Below, one piece after another: positions 25,196-36,400 of a stretch of DNA of 64,000 nt; the stretch's first letter is position 1, and each line of letters opens with the position of its first letter. Below the pieces are notes generated by a model. That model was not told the origin of the DNA, searched no databases, and saw only the letters and a list, made by a program, of their open reading frames with translations. The stretch lies in the NCBI GenBank assembly GCA_032718475.1, contig JAUCBJ010006078.1, forward strand, positions 9,566-73,565, given 5' to 3'. Source of the DNA: Nemertoderma westbladi (Eukaryota; Animalia; Xenacoelomorpha). The translations under genes were made by a program, and so were the position numbers.

Positions 25196-26500
25196 TTATA
25201 TCATAGGTTTACCAGTCCAATTGGTCGCGATATCGGTGTCGGTCTCAAACGTCCCAACTCCGATCCATAATCGAATCATTTTCGTCAGATATCCTCGCAA
25301 GATACAAGGTGCGATATCCGTCCCCGCGCGATCCACTTCCTTAAAGTCCGTGATATGTGGAGGCACGTTGCGTACGATTTTTTGAACTATTACTTTACGC
25401 AACTCGGTTGATTCTAACACATCACAGAAGGTGACCGATGGGAGGAAATCCAGGTTCGAGATGATCTCCGGGTGTTCAACTATAGGGATCTCGTAAGTTG
25501 TCTCCTTCCGGGTCGGTATACTAATAGGAAAACTAGTTGGTCTCGCAACCGGTACTATCGCTCCAGTAGAATGGGGCTGAGGTTCTCGCGTCATCTCGAC
25601 ATGAGGTATCTGTAGTCTCTGCGACAAACGCTGAGCAAAGGTAATACTATCGAAGAGCTCGGGTGTCATCTCCTTGGGTTCGGTTTGATCGTGGGATATC
25701 CAATAGAATGGTAGGCTCGCGAGCCTTCCGCCGAACTCCTCGATCTCGCCTTTCTCGTACGCCTTGTACGCCCTGTAGAGGCTCAAAGCTTCCCGTTTCT
25801 CTTGTGTCGACTTATTAGACTCGTCCACTACCATGCTGTAGACGTCTGGTTCGACTAATTTAGGTTCGTAAATAACGATCTCACCCGCGTTCAGTCCACT
25901 CATTTTAAATGAATGATACGGATTTGTCAAAGGGTATCCGCCTTCTTGGTAACGTAGACTTTGGTGGTATGAACATCGCGCTAATATCGGCTCGGGGTTC
26001 TCCGAGTTCAACCGCATAGGAATCGCGTTGTCTTGCACGCGCATACACGCTCCACATTTATAAAACAGTTTGTATACGGAAAACGCGTCCTTGGTCTCTG
26101 GATCCGCTCCTCGAGCGCGTCTATAAAGATGCATTCCTTCAAATTCGTCTCTAGCTGCAGGTAAGGGTTCGTTTACCGTCAAATATTGCAGCGTATGATA
26201 CAATCGGCGTATTTCGGTGTCTGGATCCTCGCAAATGTCGCTAGCGTCGCATAACGCATCGTAGGGATATAACGCATTGTATTCCGCGCGTAATTCCTCC
26301 GTTCTTTTGTTGTATGCGTCCAACCGCTGTCGCGTAACATTTGGGTCCGCCTTGGATTTAGCGAGCTTGGCCGTACTCCTAGCCATACTCTCCACTCCAA
26401 ACACACTAAAGTTTTTAGCTCCATAACGATTGAATGGCGCCTGGTGCTCTTGTTCTTGCGTAAACCCTTGACGTAACTCTTTATACATCTTCTCTGCCAT
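25196..26500 (-). CDS. Accessory ORF of element A, 434 aa, unknown function, possible CxxC...CxxH Zn site
   Basis: Intact ORF downstream of integrase in element sense; CGAC...CSYH; no evident signal peptide or TM segment; preceded by a strong splice acceptor at 26541. Confidence 0.78.
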   Translation of the reverse strand: MAEKMYKELRQGFTQEQEHQAPFNRYGAKNFSVFGVESMARSTAKLAKSKADPNVTRQRLDAYNKRTEELRAEYNALYPYDALCDASDICEDPDTEIRRLYHTLQYLTVNEPLPAARDEFEGMHLYRRARGADPETKDAFSVYKLFYKCGACMRVQDNAIPMRLNSENPEPILARCSYHQSLRYQEGGYPLTNPYHSFKMSGLNAGEIVIYEPKLVEPDVYSMVVDESNKSTQEKREALSLYRAYKAYEKGEIEEFGGRLASLPFYWISHDQTEPKEMTPELFDSITFAQRLSQRLQIPHVEMTREPQPHSTGAIVPVARPTSFPISIPTRKETTYEIPIVEHPEIISNLDFLPSVTFCDVLESTELRKVIVQKIVRNVPPHITDFKEVDRAGTDIAPCILRGYLTKMIRLWIGVGTFETDTDIATNWTGKPMI

Positions 26501-26540
26501 TGTATACGAATATATGCGGTTACATATCGTTACATTTCTA

Positions 26541-26568
26541 CTAGATGAAGCACAAAATAGAGGTTAGA
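26541..26568 (-). promoter_or_regulatory. Splice acceptor upstream of the accessory ORFs
   Basis: Minus strand tctaac (branch point) + ctctattttgtgcttcatc + TAG/TAG, 41 nt before the ATG. Candidate donors are AAG/GTGAGT at 26737 and AAG/GTAAGT at 36193 and 36295. Confidence 0.6.
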
Positions 26569-28939
26569 TGTGAGGTGACTTAGAGTTTGTCGGCCTTTGG
26601 CTCAACTCTGCTCTAAACCCCAACCCATTTTGCCTAATGATTTCGGGTTCGCGTGATTTCGCACTGGCTCCTAATCCAAAATTGTGCCGATAAAAAACGA
26701 ATTCCGGGTAAACTAGCCGCGAGTCTAAAATACTCACCTTTTAATTTCCCAAACTACGTTTCCCAAGAAAAATAGTGCAGTCGAGAATTAATTGGTCTAA
26801 ATAATAGTAGACACGACTACGTAGAACAAGGCCGATTTTCTTTTTTCCAAAAAAAATTTATCGGTAGGCTTGCAAGCCTTCCATCCGCTCTTGTCCTCCC
26901 CAATTTTAATTTTATCTAGCTGTATTCTAGAATTTGCTTTCACTGGAGAATCGTTTTTCTTAAATTTAAATCCAAATAAATGGATTTGTCTAATAATTTT
27001 GAAAAATTGTCTCACTTGTGGGTTCCAAGTGGAATTCCATTCCTACTGTACACACAATCCCGCTCCTATGTGATACATAAGGGTACTACCCTCCATGTTC
27101 ACGTATAAAGACAATGGAATTCCACCGCTGTCTCTATCTACAGTGAAGAGGATTACAAATGCACGTACAGTAATACAAATGCAAATAACTAAAATACAGT
27201 AGGTCTATGTGGCGGCCAACAAAGGTCCCACATCTATTTACTAATATTGGGTGGAGATTTGTAGTCTCCTGTCTCGTTTCTAGTCTCCTCAAGGAGTACG
27301 AGACGTTGTACAGGCCTATCTACGGTACGTCCGTCGATAGTCCTTACAGTAACTGTCCTCACTACACCAGATGTAGGGTGCATGGTCAAAATGACTCCAG
27401 TCAGCCAAAACCGTCTTTTCAGATTAGCTTCAGCCAATAAAACATGGTCACCACTTCTTAAACATCGGGTATTTAGATACCAAGAAGTTCTGGTCGAAAT
27501 AGAGGGCAAATAATATTTCTGCCATATTTCCCAGAATTTATTTGCAAGCAATTGAGTGATTTTCCAAGCCTTGTTGCCGTATCCGTCACTATCAACGGGT
27601 ACCGAAATGGGCAACAATGTCGTCGGCGCGTGCATAAGCAGGTGCGCTGGTGTCAAGGCAAACTGTACGTCGTTATTGTCTGGGATCAAAGCGATCGGTC
27701 TAGTATTTAAGATTGCTTCGATTTCTATTAGTAACGTCGTTAGTTGGTCGTCTGTCAAAATGTGTTGCGTCGGTACGACTTTAGCCATAGCTGTCTTTAT
27801 TGAGCCAATCAGCCTTTCCCAAACGCCGCCTCTCCCCGGACTGTCTGGAGTATTGAAAAACCAAACAATACGGTGAGGACGTAGTTCCTCGGAAATCTGG
27901 TTTTGGTCCAATTTTCTCAAAGCTCTGGTTATTTCGTTCCGTGCACCCACAAAGTTTGTCCCTTGGTCGCAGTATATGGATTTGACCAATCCACGTCTAG
28001 CGATAAATCGCCGTAAGGCTAGGATAAAGGCATTGGTGGTCAAGTCTGTCACTCGCTCTATATGGACAGCTCTGCTGGCCATGCAAGTGAAGATCAATCC
28101 CCAACGTTTTACCTGTACCCTTCCGCGTTTCGCGATCAGAACAAACCTCGAACGTAAGTGTGATAGACAGTGGTGTCTACCTACGTGTTTGAGTTGTACA
28201 TGTGCGTCCAGTATCATGGCGCGCTGTAACTCATGGTGTTGCGGTATGATGATAGGATACCTAAAGTCAAGTGCAAAGTCGATGTTTTGGAGTCTGGACT
28301 TGTGACAAAGTAAGCCCTGGTAAATAATCGGACTCCAACTCAAAATCGGTGAAGACTTAATCTGTTTACCTTGTTTGATCGCTGTGAACTCTCGTGCGAA
28401 TATCGCAATTGATAATGTCGAATGATATCAACTTCACAGTGGCCAATTTCCTTTAAGGTAAGTCTTCTAGGAAAGTCGCGTTTGCCTCTGGCATATTGTC
28501 TCAATCGTTTGAGCCATGCTAACTTGCGGCACGCGTCAGTCCAGGATCTAGTTAGGTTCACTATCCTGTCAACGTAAGTGTTAGTGACGTCATCGGGTAA
28601 GGTGTAGTCGTAGTGTGGATACTTGTCTGGACTTGGTAGGCCCACGGGCCTTCCGGTAGGTTTGTCTGAGTCCCCAAGTACGTCAATCTCTACGGTCTTA
28701 CCTTTACCGTCCGCACCTAATGTGTCGACTGGCAGTAACGGTTTCAACTCTACAGTGTCAGTGTGCTCCTGTGAGCCTGTAAGCTTCCTAACCTTAGTCA
28801 CACGTTTACCTGTAGGTAAGTCAAGTACCTTCTTCGAGCGGAGTGTAATCCCTGTGGCCACACCTTTGTCGTCCAGAGAAGTCAAATTCGGTAAGTCTCT
28901 AAAGGTCCGCTCCAATGGGTCTTCTAATGGAGTGTCTAG

Positions 28940-29360
28940 TAGACAGTCCGGTGAAGCGTCTGGTGAACAGTCTGGCGAGACGTCTGGTGAGACATAGCGC
29001 GGAACATCCAGCGAAATGTCTTGTCGTTGGTCCCAAAGTCTGTCTAGCGTAACTTCCGTCAGAAAGTCTGGTTCAAAGTCTGGTCTAAAGTCTGGTGGAC
29101 AGTCTGTCGAGATGTCTGGTGGAAAGTCTGGTGAGACGTCCGGTAGACATTCTGTCGAGAGTTCTATCAAACAATCTGGCGAACAATCCGGAGAACAATC
29201 TGGTGTCGCTTCTGGTGAATAATCTGGCGAGTAATCTGGTGAACAATCCGGCGAAACGTCTGGTGAAATCTCCCGCGGAACATCCGGCGAAGGATTCGTA
29301 CAAGCGTCTGGTCGAGTGTCTGGCGAGACGTCTGGCGTAATGTCAGGTCTGGCGTCCAGG
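28940..29360 (-). repeat. In-frame 12-bp degenerate repeat (PDxS)n between RNase H and integrase
   Basis: Protein reads PDVSPDCSPDYSPDYSPEATPDCSPDCS. Confidence 0.85.
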
Positions 29361-30126
29361 TCATCAGATTTCGTCCGTCCTTTTTTCCTCTTGACCTTGG
29401 CGTTGGCTTTCGCTTTAGACTTGACAACCTTGTCGAGTTTTATCTCGGCACCCTCTGGTATGGTGTTGGTCGTCGCGTCGAATAACGGTGGCCATTCGTC
29501 TGATGGTCGCTGTAGGAAATCGGGTCCTCTAAACCAAAAGGATTTATTGTCCGGTTTACAAAAGTCAAGTGGTTGCATCCCCCGTGACGCGATGTCACCT
29601 GGGTTCAGCTTCCCTGGACAGTGACGCCAATCTTGTTTGAGCGACCGGTCTAGTATTTCAGCCCGTCTGTTGGCTACGAAAGTCTTGAACTCAAATGCTT
29701 TGTTGTTTATGTACCAAAGTACCAACGTCGCATCCGTCCAATACGTGACCTTCAAGTTAGCCTCCAGCTCGCGTTGAACTAGACTGATAATATCGGTGGA
29801 TATCGTCCCGGCTTGCAGCTCCCCGCGAGGTACAGTCATATACTTCAATGGCATTGTTCTAGCCCTTGAAGTAACGAGAGATACATCGTAGCTGTCCGAT
29901 GTCACTTGTCGTCTAAGGTATAAAGTAACCCCCAATCCATCCTTGCTAGCGTCACTAAAGCTGTGAAGCTCTAAATCGGCAGGAAAGGTGGTTTGCAAAG
30001 GAAAGTATACCCTTGGTATGGTATAGTCTTGTAGGAACGTCAGTTGGGCTTCCCAGTCCCTCCATCGCTCAGCTAACTTTGCTGGGATGGGATCGTCCCA
30101 TTCCAGTCCGGCTTGCCAAATGCTGC

Positions 30127-30420
30127 GGAGTATGATCCTAGCATGTAGGATCACTGGACTAATGAAACACAATGGGTCATACAATCGACTCATGGTCGAT
30201 AAGCAAGTTCTCTTAGTGAGAGGTCTAGTCTGGTCGTTGGACCTTACACGTACCCTAAAATTGTCGGTGTTAGGGAGTATGATCCTAGCATGTAGGATCA
30301 CTGGACTAATGAAACACAATGGGTCATACAATCGACTCATGGTCGATAAGCAAGTTCTCTTAGTGAGAGGTCTAGTCTGGTCGTTGGACCTTACACGTAC
30401 CCTAAAATTGTCGGTGTTAG
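30127..30420 (-). repeat. Exact 147-bp in-frame tandem duplication in pol
   Basis: The 49-aa block PNTDNFRVRVRS...LHARIIL occurs twice. Confidence 0.95.
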
Positions 30421-33400
30421 GGTCCCAACTAAGTCCTAATACTTTGGTCGTCGGCAGAGGTTCTAGGTCTAAGTCCAAGTCACCTCCACTGCGATCCGTC
30501 GGGTCAAATGAGTTCACCAGTTCGGGTTCGTTGGAAGCGAACTTCGTCAGATGAAATCCGCCCTCAGCGAGACAATCCTGGAGTTGGTGTGCTACGGTAG
30601 TAGCGCGCTCCAAGGTGTCACAACTCTTGAGGCCGTCATCCACGTAGAAGTCTCGTTCCACGGTCCGAACTACTTCTGGGTCAAATTGGTCTCGTCTGTC
30701 CAATGCTGTCTGCTTCAATGCGTACATGGTGCAGTTGGGGCTGTCCCTGGCTCCAAATACTCTTACCTGCATTTGGTAAGTTTCTGGCGGAAGTTGTAAG
30801 TTTCCGTCCGGATACCAAAGAAACCTCAAACTGTCCCTGTCCCGCTCCAAAGCCTTAACCTGGTGAAACATGGCCTCTACGTCACAGGTGAAAGCCACTT
30901 TGCGTTGTCTAAAACGCATTAGGACTCCCATGAGGTAATTATTCATATTCGGCCCGTCCATCAGTTCGCTGTTCATAGACATCCCTTGGTAAAGCGCAGC
31001 GCAGTCGTTGACTACACGCACCTTGCCAGGTTTGTCCGGGTGTCGAACAAAATGATGTGGCAGGTAATATGTCTGGTCTGTGGTTACCTCGGGATTTAAC
31101 ATCCTAATGGCGTATCCCTTTTGGAGATACGTCTGAAGTTGTGCATTGTATTGCATATGGGCCGTCTCGTCTCGCAACAATCGCTGCCTTATTGATTTGA
31201 GTCGCCTCAAAGCAAGCGGGTAATTGTTAACGAGTTTAGGTTGTCCATCGCGCCACAACATACCAACCTCATAGTAGCCATTCGCGGTCTGGCGAATGGT
31301 ATCTCTCATAATATTTAATGACCGTTTTTCCTGTTCTGACATAGCGGTCTCGTAACTACCAGGTTCTGCTGAGTCCTGTTCCGTTCAGTCAGCAGTCGGT
31401 CAAGCGCTGCTTGCACTGCGCCATGGTCCTCGTCCACGTCTTCGTCCGCTGCGGTGGCTAGTGTCAATGTGTCTGGTAGGCTCGCAAGCCTTCCGGTGTC
31501 ACTAGTCGGCGTCGAATCGTCGTGCGGCGGTTTGACAACCTTTTGATCTGTCGGTAGGCTCGCAAGCCTTCCAAGATCAACGACCGGTGTCGAAGCCTGG
31601 TGGGTGGGGTCAATGACCTTCGGATTTTTCGGTAGGCTCGCAAGCCTTCCAAAATCCTCGTTCATCGAGTCATCCATGGCAACAACCCTTAGGTCTTCAG
31701 TAGTCAATACAACCTGGTCTACTGCAAGTAGTTGTAAGTCAGAGGTCCGTATGGTCGTGTCCAGATCGGTTACGTCAGTATCGGTGGCGTCTGCATTAGC
31801 GACGCAGGTCTGTCGTAGTGCCGTCCGTACAATTGGACCACAGGAGTGTGAAGGAGAATTATCTATCGTGTTAGTCAATAAACTACACGTACTCAAAACG
31901 TCGTCCTCCTGGTCACTTACCTCTAGTGAACGTATTGGTGCTCTAGTATACCAACCTATGGGAGTTCTACATGCGTAGGGGTTGCCCGCTGTAATAACAG
32001 ATGGGCGTGTCTCCCATACCTGATGTAAGTTAAACTGGTCTGTCCCAATTAACATCGCAATAGAACGATAATTGACAGGACATTCCGGTATTCCAAGGTG
32101 TCGGAAATACTTACGATCTTCCGGTGATTGCTCTGGCACAGGGCCGAGCAAGTTACTAAAGTCCTTCGTAGCTGCAAAGGTCAAATTTCTTACTGGAAGT
32201 AATGAGCGCTCCACCTTGCTGTGTTCTGCTTTGGAAAGAAGAGTGTCTAAAGTTAATTTTACTCTCGTCACAGGAATCGCTCTCTTACCATGCATGCTGC
32301 TTACAGTATACTGAGCAGTCTTACCTTGACTCATGTCCGTAACTACGTCGGCTACTTGTTCGTCGACATAGCTATGCGATGACGCAGAGTCTAAGATGGC
32401 GTATATACGCTTGCTCCCTCGGGTTCCGGTAATCTTTATAGGAATCACGCTAAACCCTTTCAATTGGTTCTGTGTGAGGAGCGTTATCGAAGGCTGTTCC
32501 TCACCTGCATGCACGTAAAAAGTGTCGTCTTCCTCCTCGTCCTCGTCCGATGATCCTGACTGATCCATACAGTCGGTATAAAAGGTACGGATCTCGCGCG
32601 GCGCACGCTCCTTATAAAGCGCGTCGCATCTAGCCGCTTTATCTGGATGCTCTCGTCGAAAGCGTCTGGTCGGAGTATGACTAGTTGTGTGAAGCAACGC
32701 GTCATGGTTACGTCCACACAGAGAACATGTATCGTCGCTCGGGCAATCCTTCCGGACGTGTCCTGGCTTCATACATCTCCAACAGGAATCTAGAGATCGG
32801 ATTTGGAGTCTCCTCTCCTCGATCCCTAACTCTTTAAAAGCGCGACATCCACGTAGTTTATGTCCGCTATGGTTTCTGCCGTTCCGCTCGCAGTATGAGC
32901 ATCCCACAAAGTCCGCCGGCAACTGTTGTCGTGGCTGCGTGGTGCCGATAGGCGTCAGAACTTTAGAAGTCTCAGTAGGGGTGGCGTAAGTAACGGCTTT
33001 CGCGTTCGTCGGAAATGGTTTTGTCCGAGTCGGCGCAGAAACAGCTATCCCTTCCGCCGCGATATGGTGATCGGTATAGTTCGATAGAGTCTCGATCACG
33101 GCCTCCCGTGAAATAAGTTGATAGACATCGGTGAGTTTTAATAACCCTCCGGCCTCTTCACGCTGGTACTCGATGCGTCGCCATTCTCGTCGTAGTCGAT
33201 GGTGAAGTCGACCGATTATTCGAATGAGAACCGTCGGTGCGTTAGCGTACTCGAGTTGTCCAATGGACCGTAAAGTCCCTATAGCGTTCTTTATTTCGTC
33301 CGCGAGTCGTAAAAGGTCGATCGGTCTCGAAATGTTGCCTCCTCTGCAGAGGTCTTCAATGATGGATTTAGCCATGGCGACGTTACCGCCGTAAATCGAA

Positions 33401-36400
33401 TACAAACGGTCGTACGCCAATTCAAAGGCATCGGGAACTCCAATGAATGTTTCTGCTAATCGTTTCAGCTCACCAGACAGAACTTGGAGCAAGTAATTAA
33501 ACTTCTCCGTCGAGGTGAAAGCACACTTAGCGATCTAGGACTCTACGTAGTCTACCAGTGTGCGCCAGTGTTTCGCGTTGCCAGAGAACTTCGGCGGTTG
33601 CTGTGCCGGTAATCCGTGTCTAGCCGCGAATTTCGCAATCTCGCTAACCAAATCCAACTGTCCGCGTCCTTGTTCGGTGGCGTCGTCCAGTCGCTCCCTT
33701 CCGTGCGTTGTTCGTCGGTAGGAATTATTAACGGGATCTTCTTCTCGATGTGTCGGAGTCCGTCTAGTCTCCTGTTCTCTCCTCGGTGGTCGATGTTGTC
33801 TAGGTTGTTCCAACTCCACGCTGGTTCGTGATCGATCCGACGGTTGCGCTTCGAGTCGCTCTTCTATCTGAGCTAGTCGGTCCGCTACAGGTCGCATTAT
33901 TTCGGCGAGTCTGTTGGTGCTGATCGCTTCCGCTGGTTGCAACGTGGGTTTCTGTTGGGGTGTTTCTCGAGGTGGATTGTCGATGTAGGGATTCGTCGAC
34001 CTCTCCTCTCGTTTGTAATCTTCCGCCGCTCCAGTACGGAATATTTCCCGTTCCGTCGACTCCGAGTCGCTAGATGAGTCGCTGTCGTCCGGATAAGGTG
34101 GCTGGCGGGTTCGTGTCCGGCGTATTATTCTAGATTTCGTCCGTTGCGGTCCGGAATCTACGGCTCTCCGTTGTTCGGTAGGCTCGCAAGCCTTCCACGA
34201 AGTCGTAGGTCTCGCTATACGTTGTCCGATCCCGTGGGTACTACCCACATCCATCCTCCTCCGTAATTCGGTAGGCTCGCAAGCCTTCCACGAAGTCGTA
34301 GGTTGCGTCGAACATTGTGTCAACGGTCGAGTGAAATAGTCGGGTTTCGTAGTCGGTCTATAAATAACTGGATTTGCACAGCACGTCACAGGTTTAACTT
34401 GTAATGGTTTACTCACCTGTTTAATGGTCATAAACGCAGGTTCCTCTCTTCCTACAAGTAGACTACGACTTACTGTAGGTGGACTAGTTACGTTACCTGC
34501 TAAAATCGGCGATGAAGTCGCCCTAGGTTACGGTATTTCTGTCACAACAAACCTGTTGCCTTGCGTCGGATGCACAGGCGTTATTCCCTTAGGTTTCGTA
34601 ACGAAGACCGGTTTTATCGGATTCGTGGGTTTGAGCATAGGAATAACTTGGGGAAAACGTTTACAGTAATCCTCGACGAACTCCTCTCCTCGATCTATCG
34701 CTCCCACACTTCCTTCCTCGATCCGCTTCTGTATGCCGCGATATCGAGCTTCCATACGATCCAGGGCAGACAAGTCGTGTCCAGTCCGCGATCTTATAGA
34801 TCTATCTCTCGCGTCGAGTTCGAGGTCCGCTTGCGCGTTCGCTGTCTCGCGCGATCTACGATTCAATTCGAACTGTAGTTGCATCTCCCTTTCGCGTCGA
34901 TTCGCTACTTGTTGTTGTGCCGCTAACTCCGCTTCCTGTATAGCTAAGCGTGCGTTTATTTGTCGTGCCTCCAACTTAGCGCGAGCATCGGACGCTGCCT
35001 TCTTCCGTGCTAACTCAGCTGCGTTTACCGCCGCAACTCGTACTAGCTCGTCGGCTGCCGTCTGTCGTGCTAACTCGTCCGCTGCTGCTGCCGCGGCCGC
35101 TTCTTGCGCCAAGTTTTCCTCCAATCTGCGCATTTCCGAAGCTTCGAATTCGGCTTGCGCCTTGAGTTGCGCAATTCTTGCTTCGTCCTCTCTATGTTGT
35201 TTCTCTCCTTCGATGGCGATCTGTGCCATCTGGTGTTGCGCTTCTTCCTCGGCGACTTGTTGTCGGCGTGCAACCTCCTGTTGTTGTCGAGTAATTCCAG
35301 ACGCTGTTCTACTAACGTCGCCAACGTCGCCAACGTCGCTCCGTACGCTAACGAACGATCTATCCAGTGGTGGATGTTGGTAGGCTCGCGAGCCTTCCGT
35401 AGTGAGAACTTCCGTCGTCCCTCGCGGTTCGACTTCCGGTTCGTCGATCGGTACGCCGCATCTACGAAGAAAATTGGTCAGCGTTTCCAACCTTCCGTCC
35501 AGGCAGTAGAGTTCTTCTTCCTCTTCGGGTTGTAACAACGCGTCCGAAACTGACTCACCTAGCAGTTGGTCAAACTGCTCCTGTTGAGCCAATCTTATTA
35601 CTGACTTAAACTGGATAATGCTTTCTCTCGCACTTACTAATTTATCTACTATCTTTACCTGAGTAAAGTTGTCGCCACGCAACTCCGCAAGTTCGTGTAA
35701 ACCTTTAAGTTTATCTACGGAGGCATGTACCCTACTTTCTATCCTTACCTGTAAGGTGTAGAACTCGTATCTCAACATCGGGGCAGTTAACTCGCGTAAA
35801 ACGCGAAAACCTTCTCCGAGGTTCCGAGTAATCTGGGCCATGGGTCCTCCTATACTTCTAATAACGTTCTCCTGGCTTCCAGTCGAACTTACCATGTCCG
35901 GTTCCCGTGATCTAGTCTGCGGGACGGTAAGGAAATCTTCGATTCTGCCGTCGCCACGCGTTGCGGCTTCCGGTATTTCCGTTCGGGGTACCGGCGACGC
36001 AAGCGGTGTGACATCGATGGAATCTCGGGTTCTCCTTCTCGGTTCGTCTACTGTCGATCTGTCCGGGTCGAACGAGTCATAGTCGGTAGGTGGGTATCTC
36101 GTTGAACGGGGTGTGTCACTCATGTCTTATTATATACGTCAAGTACGGGTAATAAAATGTCAAAGTGTCTGAATGTTGAAGTGTCAAACTTACCTTGGTA
36201 TATATAGTATATATATACCCTAACCGGTACAAATAAATCAACAAGTCAGAATGTCGAAATGTCAAAATGTCGAAATGTACAAATGTCAAACTTACCTTGT
36301 TATATATATATCATATATATACCCTAACCAGTACAAATAAACTAACAAGGTATATAATAAAATAAGTAGTAATCTAGCCTACCGGCTAAATTTGTACGAA

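Larger units (their letters stand above)
27234..36123 (-). pseudogene. Disrupted gag-pol of BEL/Pao element A
   Basis: Gag with PKFSG and Zn knuckles (CWRCMKPGHVRKDC); protease ILDSAS; RT YLPHH, CDVEAMFHQ, FYVDD; Pao RNase H FSDAS, VPRGEL, YWTDA, NPGD; integrase CDQGTNF, GGVWERLI, NTRP. In-frame stops at 34528 and 33535, frameshifts near 31350 and 28380, integrase deletion near 28135. Confidence 0.95.

Noticed and set aside
24379-26500. env gene
   Set aside because: No evident signal peptide, transmembrane anchor or Cys-rich ectodomain.
34733-35383. 216-aa plus-strand ORF and similar antisense ORFs over gag-pol
   Set aside because: Shadow frames of the coiled-coil coding strand.
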